Shown: positions 1-7,751 of the stretch, in pieces
Numbering within the stretch: the stretch's first letter is position 1
Layout of the letters: each line of letters opens with the position of its first letter
NCBI GenBank assembly: GCA_038925245.1
Contig: JBCKTZ010000002.1
Span: 11,568-75,567 of the forward strand
Length of the DNA stretch: 64,000 nucleotides
Direction of reading: 5' to 3'
Origin: Gallionellaceae bacterium
Lineage (GTDB): Bacteria > Pseudomonadota > Gammaproteobacteria > Burkholderiales > Gallionellaceae
Position numbers and translations under genes: made by a program
Notes under the pieces: generated by a model
The model's database searches: none
Told to the model about the DNA's origin: nothing
What the model saw: only the letters and a program-made list of their open reading frames with translations

Positions 1-1
1 C

Positions 2-496
2 CCCGCAATTTTTGAGTACGCTGCATTCGGAAACCAAATACAAGTGTCGCCATTAAGGCTTGTCGTGGGAATCCTAATCTTGGCCTTTGTCACGCTTGAG
101 TTATCGCCACGGTTCTCGTCCATTGCACTAGACAGAAAATATCTTCCATATGGCGGCGTGGTCAGTGGATTCTTTGGCGGTTTATCTGGCCACCAAGGAG
201 CATTCAGAAGCATGTTCCTGCTCAAAGCCGGGTTAAACAAAGAGGAATTCGTGGCAACCGGCGTAATGCTGGCCGTCATGGTCGACTTGTCACGCATACT
301 GATCTATGGCTGGGAGATGTCCGGGCAACACCACGGCATTGAATGGCCGCTTGTTATCGCGGCATCCATATCAGCATTTATTGGCGCATATTTCGGCTCA
401 AAACTGCTCAAGAAAATCACAATTAGCTCCATACAGATAGTGGTTTCTGTACTGCTTGTGGTGGTTTCGCTGGGGTTGATTTCAGGTGTGCTGTGA
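2..496 (+). CDS. TSUP-family (TauE/SafE-like, DUF81) membrane transporter, C-terminal part; the 5' end lies outside the window
   Basis: The frame is open from the window edge. The sequence is multi-pass hydrophobic and has a glycine-rich GFFGGLSGHQGAF motif typical of TSUP permeases. A hairpin plus T-run lies downstream (~525-575). Confidence 0.6.
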   Translation, partial: PAIFEYAAFGNQIQVSPLRLVVGILILAFVTLELSPRFSSIALDRKYLPYGGVVSGFFGGLSGHQGAFRSMFLLKAGLNKEEFVATGVMLAVMVDLSRILIYGWEMSGQHHGIEWPLVIAASISAFIGAYFGSKLLKKITISSIQIVVSVLLVVVSLGLISGVL

Positions 497-811
497 TACG
501 TCCAACTCTGCATTCGAGAGGGACGTGCCAAAAAGCGGCAGCCCCTCAATTTGAACGTTGGGAGCTGCTGTGTACATTTTTATTCACTTGTTCGGCGCAG
601 GGTTAATTTTGTAAGTACTTGATTATATTTAATATTTTTATTTAAAAGGCGCTTGATAGCTGTGCATTTAATTCAAAGCACAAGAATAAAATCAAGCTTT
701 TTGTTTAAGGTCATCGGGTTTGTTGCATATTAAAGTATTTAAACTAATTCAATATGTTGCTGACATACAGCAGCGTGTGTGACATAGTTTTTAATGATGG
801 CAGAAACCTTA

Positions 812-1138
812 TCAGGGTCTGCACTTGTACATTTCAAACTGGCGTTTGCCCAATTCTTTTGATTCACCTTTCACCAGGGTATCTGCGCCGTTTTCAACCG
901 CACTGTTGCGCGCCATCTGGTAGAGATTGGCTTCAACATCCTCTTCGATGCGTGGGAGTATGCCAAACTTGGCAATCACGGAATGATTGATTTTTCCCTT
1001 GGATAGACAGTTCGCTATCTGATTGGCATTCGCGAGGGATACGTGGTCGGAGCCTGGTCTTTCGCCGATGATGACGCTGGCGCAGGCGCTCAAGGCGGCG
1101 ATAGACAGAAGAGTAAGAGCTGATGTTGTGTATTTCAT
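812..1138 (-). CDS. small lipoprotein, DUF4156-like
   Basis: The signal peptide has a lipobox (LSAC). Size and the C-terminal ARNSAVENGADTLV segment resemble the DUF4156 lipoprotein family. Confidence 0.55.
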   Translation of the reverse strand: MKYTTSALTLLSIAALSACASVIIGERPGSDHVSLANANQIANCLSKGKINHSVIAKFGILPRIEEDVEANLYQMARNSAVENGADTLVKGESKELGKRQFEMYKCRP

Positions 1139-1168
1139 GAGTATTCCTTTTCGTTTTAAATATGAGGG

Positions 1169-2587
<1,419 letters not shown>

Positions 2588-2620
2588 CTATAGTGCTGAA
2601 CCTAATAACCAGAAAAGTTA

Positions 2621-2805
2621 GCCACAGAGAATACAGAGGGCACAGAGAAGAAACAAGGGGTTGGGTAATATGGGTGAGTTAATCAATGGGTAAAATTGAA
2701 AGGCTTAGCGTTCGCACTTTCTCTGTACCCGCAAGGGGTAGGCTGTGGTTGTAAGGGGCTGAAGCCCCAACAACACACTCTCTGCGCTCTGTGATCTCTG
2801 TGGCC
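2621..2805. repeat. palindromic element with tandem CACAGAG-type short repeats in both arms
   Basis: The left arm GCCACAGAGAATACAGAGGGCACAGAGAAG (2621-2650) is the imperfect reverse complement of the right arm CTCTCTGCGCTCTGTGATCTCTGTGGC (2778-2805). Confidence 0.6.
2727..2778. repeat. ~50-nt conserved intergenic module, copy 1 (hairpin GGGGC-TGAA-GCCCC)
   Basis: ACCCGCAAGGGGTAGGCTGTGGTTGTAAGGGGCTGAAGCCCCAACAACAC recurs at 3947-3998. Confidence 0.65.
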
Positions 2806-2821
2806 AAAAGTTTTTAGCTGT

Positions 2822-3913
2822 TTATGTAATGACTCCGCCACCTAGACACACAGCGCCATCATAAGCCACCACCGACTGCCCCGGCGTGACCGCCCACTGC
2901 GCCTGCTGGAAAGCAAAGTGGGTATGACCATCAGATAGGGTTGTGATATGGCAGGGTGCATCTTCCTGCCGATAGCGTGTCTTGGCGGCATAGTCGCGGT
3001 TGGTATCAGGCGCATTGCCGCTGATCCAGTGCATTTCCATCGCGGTCAATTCCGGCTTGAGCAGCAGTGGATGGTTATGTCCTTGTACTACGATCAGCCG
3101 GTTGCTGCCCATATCCTTGCTGGCCACAAACCAAGGATCTCCAGAGGAATCTTTACCACCGCCGATACCGAGACCCTGACGCTGGCCGATGGTGTAGAAG
3201 GATAGTCCCACATGTTTGCCCACCACCTTGCCTTCAGGCGTGCACATCTCGCCGGGCTGGGTGGGTAAATATTTGCTGAGGAATTCGTGGAACGGGCGCT
3301 CGCCGATAAAGCAGATTCCGGTGCTGTCTTTCTTCGCATAGTTGGAGAGTTGGTGCTCTTCAGCAATTTTGCGCACTTGTGACTTGAGCATGCTACCCAG
3401 AGGGAACATGGCTTTGGAAAGTTGTGCCTGATTCAGTTTATGCAGGAAATAGCTTTGGTCTTTGCTGGCGTCATCGGCTTTTAGCAATTGAAATAGGCCA
3501 TCAACTTCTTGCACCTTCGCATAATGGCCAGTCGCAATTTTTTCCGCGCCTAGGGTGATGGCATGGTCGAGAAAGGCTTTGAATTTTATTTCCGAATTGC
3601 ACAGGATGTCGGGATTGGGCGTACGTCCGGCCTGGTATTCACGCAGGAAATAGCTGAATACGCGATCTTTATATTCTTTGGCAAAGTTCACCGCTTCCAA
3701 GGGAATGCCGATGGTGTCAGCCACCGAGGCGGCGTCTATCAGGTCTTGGCGGGTGGAGCAGTATTCGTCGGTGTTATCATCTTCCCAGTTGCGCATGAAC
3801 AGGCCTATGACATCGTAGCCTTGTTGTTTCAGCAGCAGGGCGGTGACGGCGGAATCTACTCCGCCTGACATACCGACAACGACGCAGCCACGGGATTTAA
3901 GAGTGTTTGTCAT
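2822..3913 (-). CDS. mnmA: tRNA 2-thiouridine(34) synthase MnmA
   Basis: PP-loop motif [10 protein letters not shown] and full-length MnmA-like sequence. The start is set at the internal ATG 3913 (MTNTLKS...) rather than the ORF-track start 3955, which runs into a repeat. Confidence 0.92.
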   Translation of the reverse strand: MTNTLKSRGCVVVGMSGGVDSAVTALLLKQQGYDVIGLFMRNWEDDNTDEYCSTRQDLIDAASVADTIGIPLEAVNFAKEYKDRVFSYFLREYQAGRTPNPDILCNSEIKFKAFLDHAITLGAEKIATGHYAKVQEVDGLFQLLKADDASKDQSYFLHKLNQAQLSKAMFPLGSMLKSQVRKIAEEHQLSNYAKKDSTGICFIGERPFHEFLSKYLPTQPGEMCTPEGKVVGKHVGLSFYTIGQRQGLGIGGGKDSSGDPWFVASKDMGSNRLIVVQGHNHPLLLKPELTAMEMHWISGNAPDTNRDYAAKTRYRQEDAPCHITTLSDGHTHFAFQQAQWAVTPGQSVVAYDGAVCLGGGVIT

Positions 3914-3946
3914 GTTTGCCCCTTGCCCGCTTGCGGGAGAGGGTTG

Positions 3947-3998
3947 CACCCGCAAGGGGTAGGCCGTGGCTGTAATGTCGCTGAAGCGACAACAGACA
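3947..3998. repeat. ~50-nt conserved intergenic module, copy 2 (hairpin GTCGC-TGAA-GCGAC)
   Basis: The flanks match copy 1, and the stem carries two compensatory base-pair changes. Confidence 0.65.
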
Positions 3999-4027
3999 CG
4001 CTCGGGAGAGGGAAACGAGCTTGCTCG

Positions 4028-4474
4028 TTAGTCATAATGTGTGATCAATTCAAGCGAATAGCGTTTGCCCGCCAAATAGTCCTCAATACAGCGCAAAATC
4101 AGCGGGCTGCGGTGGTGCTGCACTGACCCACGTATTTCATTCAGTGTCATCCACACTGTACGCACGATGCCTTCATCCAGTTCTTGCCCTGCATGGTGCG
4201 CGAGAATACGGCCGCTGTAAGCAAAGCGCAGATAGGTGGTGTCAGATTTTTCAGCATGCCAGCGATACACACCAACCAGATGTTGCGGCTCGAAATCGTA
4301 GGCGGACTCTTCGCGTGCCTCACGCACCACGGCATGCAGCAGGGATTCGTTTGCTTCCAGATGTCCGGCAGGTTGGTTGAGCTTCAGCCCTTGCGAGGTG
4401 TGTTCTTCAACCAGCAGAAATTTGCCGTCCTGTTCAATGATTGCGGCAACGGTGACATTGGGTTTCCAGATCAT
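4028..4474 (-). CDS. NUDIX hydrolase
   Basis: Nudix box GHLEANESLLHAVVREAREESAY (GX5EX7REUXEEXGU pattern). Confidence 0.8.
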   Translation of the reverse strand: MIWKPNVTVAAIIEQDGKFLLVEEHTSQGLKLNQPAGHLEANESLLHAVVREAREESAYDFEPQHLVGVYRWHAEKSDTTYLRFAYSGRILAHHAGQELDEGIVRTVWMTLNEIRGSVQHHRSPLILRCIEDYLAGKRYSLELITHYD

Positions 4475-4492
4475 ACTGTTTATACCAAGCGC

Positions 4493-4903
4493 TTAATTAC
4501 GAACCACCGGCAATCCTTCGCTGACCCAGCGGGTGATGCCGTTTTTAACGTTGTATACTTTTGTGTAGCCTAGTTGCTCGATCAGTGCGCGCGACAGCGT
4601 GTCAGTACGACTACCGGTTCGGCAGATCAAAATAACGGGATCATTTTTGCCCACAGCTTGTGTGAATTTGCTGACAAACTCCGGATTGACGCGACCTTTG
4701 TCATCTACAAAGGTCAGCTTGTTGCTGCCTTCAACCACACCGGTCTGCTTCCATTCCTCTTCGCGGCGAATGTCGTATACAGGAATACCTTGCGCTTGCA
4801 GGGACTTCAGTTGTTGATTGTCGATGTTGGTATAGGGTGTTGCTCCGCAAGCAGAAAGCGGTAGTAGTAGGAGCAGTATGAGCGCGAAATTCTGGAAGTT
4901 CAT
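4493..4903 (-). CDS. exported rhodanese-domain sulfurtransferase
   Basis: N-terminal signal peptide and the active-site loop CRTGSRT typical of single-domain rhodaneses. Confidence 0.8.
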   Translation of the reverse strand: MNFQNFALILLLLLPLSACGATPYTNIDNQQLKSLQAQGIPVYDIRREEEWKQTGVVEGSNKLTFVDDKGRVNPEFVSKFTQAVGKNDPVILICRTGSRTDTLSRALIEQLGYTKVYNVKNGITRWVSEGLPVVRN

Positions 4904-5034
4904 GGTATGGATTTTAACTTGGGTGAGTTGCGTATGGCGGGAAAACGCAATTTTAACATCAAGCCGTGCAAATGGTTATTTGCGACTGCGGCTGCAACTG
5001 AAGTTAATCTCCTAGACTTTCAGAAAATAAAAAA

Positions 5035-5056
5035 GGCAGGGAAGCCCCTGCTTTTT
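5035..5056 (-). terminator. rho-independent terminator (bidirectional hairpin GCAGGG-AAGC-CCCTGC flanked by A- and T-runs)
   Basis: Seen directly in the sequence. It lies ~110 nt beyond the tRNA-Leu 3' remnant at 5168-5189, as expected for the tRNA's original terminator. Confidence 0.55.
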
Positions 5057-5167
5057 TATAAACGTGCGGCGAATTACTTAGCTACTGCATCACCTTTCAC
5101 TATCCGTGTCAGGTTCAATAACGCTAATTTATTCTGTTGCGTTGACAATCAGCGTAACTTTATGTGT

Positions 5168-5189
5168 TGGTGCGGGAGGGGGAATCGAA
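5168..5189. repeat. distal att direct repeat (displaced 3' fragment of tRNA-Leu)
   Basis: TGGTGC-GGGAGGGGGAATCGAA matches 18433-18455 (TGGTGCCGGGAGGGGGAATCGAA) apart from a 1-nt deletion. Confidence 0.75.
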
Positions 5190-5355
5190 AAACAAGCTGT
5201 ACGCCTTATATATACTAGGTTTGCAGATTGTCATTTCTAATGTTACTGTAAAAGTTACTGCATTCCCGTCCCGCTACTACTTCAGTTTTAATCGTGATGA
5301 TGAAGTTTAACAGGTAAGCATGGCGGAAGTGCATTTTATGTTTTGTCTGCACTCA

Positions 5356-5432
5356 GGGTGGTGTATGGAAATAAAAAAATCCAGTGCAGGGGTTTTTGTC
5401 CTGTACGAATTTTTTATTTCCATACACCACCC
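5356..5432. repeat. perfect 23-bp inverted repeat (large hairpin) near the island end
   Basis: GGGTGGTGTATGGAAATAAAAAA (5356-5378) is the exact reverse complement of 5410-5432. The loop is 31 nt. Confidence 0.8.
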
Positions 5433-6278
5433 GCAAACGATAACGGTGGCGTGATGGTGTGGGCGCTTTTGTTTCATGCCTGCACCATGACGTTGCCTCG
5501 ATAAACAACATACACTCCCGCTATGAATAATGCGCGCAGCGACTACACCTCTCCTTATAAAACCAACCCGGCGAAGCCGCCATATTAAGCATTGCCTCGC
5601 CTTGCCCGCCCCTGCTCTTTCCAGCGAGCGATGCAGGACACAGTACTGTGAACTGTTTGCGTGGATGCGGGTTTACCAAGGGCAAGGGGTGGCAGTGCGG
5701 ACGGGTGCGGTCATGCCTTTGTTTCATTTGACCGCTAGGGGGCTGGGGGGCGTTAGAGGGAAAGCGCCCCCGAACAAACCGCGAAGCGACAACACCGCAG
5801 AACAAACACCGCGCAGCGACAAGAGGAAGAGAAGATATAGGTCGGCACGACCATGCAGCAAAAAGCGAAGGGGCGATGATTTACCAGCCCTGTTTTGCTG
5901 CCCTTCACTATGGTGATAGACGTTGACCTGGTGGCGGTATTTACCCGAAGGGCGCAAGACATAACGGTCTCTTGTACGAACCTAGAGGGCGGGCGGCTTT
6001 ATGCCCGGCGCTTGCGCTTTGTACAAGACGCCGTTATGTTAAAACACCGCCACACTAACAACCGGCGCAGCCGACCACACATTACCTCGAACCGTTGCAG
6101 GGGCGCTGAACTGTCAGGCTACCAGTGCACGAGCCGCCTACGAACCGCAAGCACCTGGCGAGGCTTTTTTCGCGAGGTGCGCAGTGGTGAAGCGGCGGCG
6201 GGAACGGAGCAACACACTGTCCACGGAGTAGAAGCCAGGGGCGGTAAGCGTGGCGGATAATCAAAAAATGCGATGGGG

Positions 6279-6533
6279 TTATTTGCGCTTTTTGAGGTCG
6301 CTTAATTGCTTGCCGATTTGCTTATTCACTGCGGATGCCTCTTTAATATTGTCGCGATCCTCTTCGCTGAGCGGTTCATGCAAACCATGCTTGGCCATTT
6401 TGAGTTGCAGGAGACAAGTCTTCAGCATAGTGACAAGAATTTTTCTTCGCGCAGTCCAGCTCACACTTCGAGGCCGTTCGACCAACTCACTTTGCATCTG
6501 AATCAAATTGGCTAGTAAAAATTTTGTACTCAT
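6279..6533 (-). CDS. hypothetical small helical protein (84 aa) with a basic C-terminus
   Basis: This is the only plausible ORF in the interval and I recognise no motif. The coding call is uncertain. Confidence 0.4.
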   Translation of the reverse strand: MSTKFLLANLIQMQSELVERPRSVSWTARRKILVTMLKTCLLQLKMAKHGLHEPLSEEDRDNIKEASAVNKQIGKQLSDLKKRK

Positions 6534-6776
6534 ACAACCCCCTTAATTATTGATGCGTGGGAAAACTCACCTATCCAATATCTTTATTTCATTACCAAGC
6601 CAGTCTATAGGAATAGAACATGCAATGCATCCATCGTGGTCGATCATCGGCTGCAAGTCTGCATACCCCCCCCCCCACAGGCGGACAGCGTATAGAGGGC
6701 CCGGCCTTCATTTATCTTAGCCCCGCATTCCTCAGGCAGTTTTTAAGTGCTGTAAACCCTTATATACCCCACCCTG

Positions 6777-7037
6777 TTACAGCCTTGCCTCAGCCATCAA
6801 GTCCATCAGGCTTACATCAAGGGCTTTCGCAATTTTCAGCAATGTGAGCACGGCCACGTTGTTATCACCACGTTCCACACGTCCTATGTAGCTGCGGTCA
6901 ATCTCTGCCATCAGCGCAAGTTTTTCTTGTGATATGCCTTTCTGTTTACGAATGCAGCGGATCGCTTCGCCCAAGGCGATGAGCGCGGGATGTTGACGAT
7001 GTTGGGAGAGGTTAGGCATCATTCCGTTATACTGCAT
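6777..7037 (-). CDS. XRE-family helix-turn-helix transcriptional regulator
   Basis: Classic HTH_3 core: LGEAIRCIRKQKGISQEKLALMAEIDRSYIGRVERG. Confidence 0.85.
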   Translation of the reverse strand: MQYNGMMPNLSQHRQHPALIALGEAIRCIRKQKGISQEKLALMAEIDRSYIGRVERGDNNVAVLTLLKIAKALDVSLMDLMAEARL

Positions 7038-7045
7038 AAGAATCC

Positions 7046-7061
7046 AAGGTACATGTACCTT
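7046..7061. promoter_or_regulatory. perfect 16-bp palindrome AAGGTACATGTACCTT, candidate operator in the XRE/nuclease divergent promoter
   Basis: Seen directly. It lies 9 nt upstream of the XRE start codon, between the divergent genes. Confidence 0.55.
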
Positions 7062-7122
7062 TTTTAATTGTTACTTGCTCGACCCTGAGTATTGACTGAG
7101 GCGGCTCTGATTTGAATGAACA

Positions 7123-7551
7123 ATGATTACCGCCCTGATGTGCCTAGTTATCGCTATAGCAGACGGTGACACTCTCACAGTACTATGCAATGACAATCAG
7201 CAAATAAAAATCCGACTGGCTGAAATTGACGCACCAGAAAAAACCCAGCCATTCGGCAATCGCTCCAAACAATCCCTTGCGGATTTGTGCTATCAAAAGC
7301 AGGCGGAAATTAAAGTTCAAACAAAAGACCGATACGGGCGAACTGTTGCGCGAGTAATATGTGACGGCACTGATGCTAATGTGGAACAGGTTAAGCGTGG
7401 CATGGCGTGGGTGTACGAAAAGTATGCGAAGGATAGAAGCCTGTATGCCTTACAGGATGAAGCGAGAGCATTAAGGGTGGGGTTATGGGCTGATAGTGAT
7501 CCTATTCAGCCTTGGGAGTATCGTAAGAGCAAGAGGGTGAATTCAGGATGA
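7123..7551 (+). CDS. thermonuclease-family (SNase / micrococcal nuclease-like) protein
   Basis: DGDTL...IRLAEIDAPE...GRTVA... motifs of the staphylococcal nuclease fold. An in-frame stop sits 6 nt upstream, so the N-terminus is short. Confidence 0.85.
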   Translation: MITALMCLVIAIADGDTLTVLCNDNQQIKIRLAEIDAPEKTQPFGNRSKQSLADLCYQKQAEIKVQTKDRYGRTVARVICDGTDANVEQVKRGMAWVYEKYAKDRSLYALQDEARALRVGLWADSDPIQPWEYRKSKRVNSG

Positions 7552-7751
7552 TTCGGACTGGATGGCACATAGGTAAATGGTAGCGCCCCCTTTATTCTGC
7601 CCTACCATGTTGCATTGACATGCGCTACGTTCAAGGCGAGTCTGCGGACAGACAGCAAGACAAACGAAAAAAATAGTGTATCCGGGGTTCTCTGTTGAAA
7701 ATACACCGCCCAACACATCTTAATACCACTCACCCTAGGGAGAATTCATTC

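Noticed and set aside
5521-6264. ORFs of 60-128 aa in several frames across the GC-rich island end (5521-5805 -, 5530-5916 +, 5724-5957 -, 5895-6260 +, 6082-6264 -).
   Set aside because: They overlap each other, are low-complexity and Arg/Cys/Pro-rich, and have no motifs. The region is treated as non-coding or decayed (see the finding on 5263-6278).
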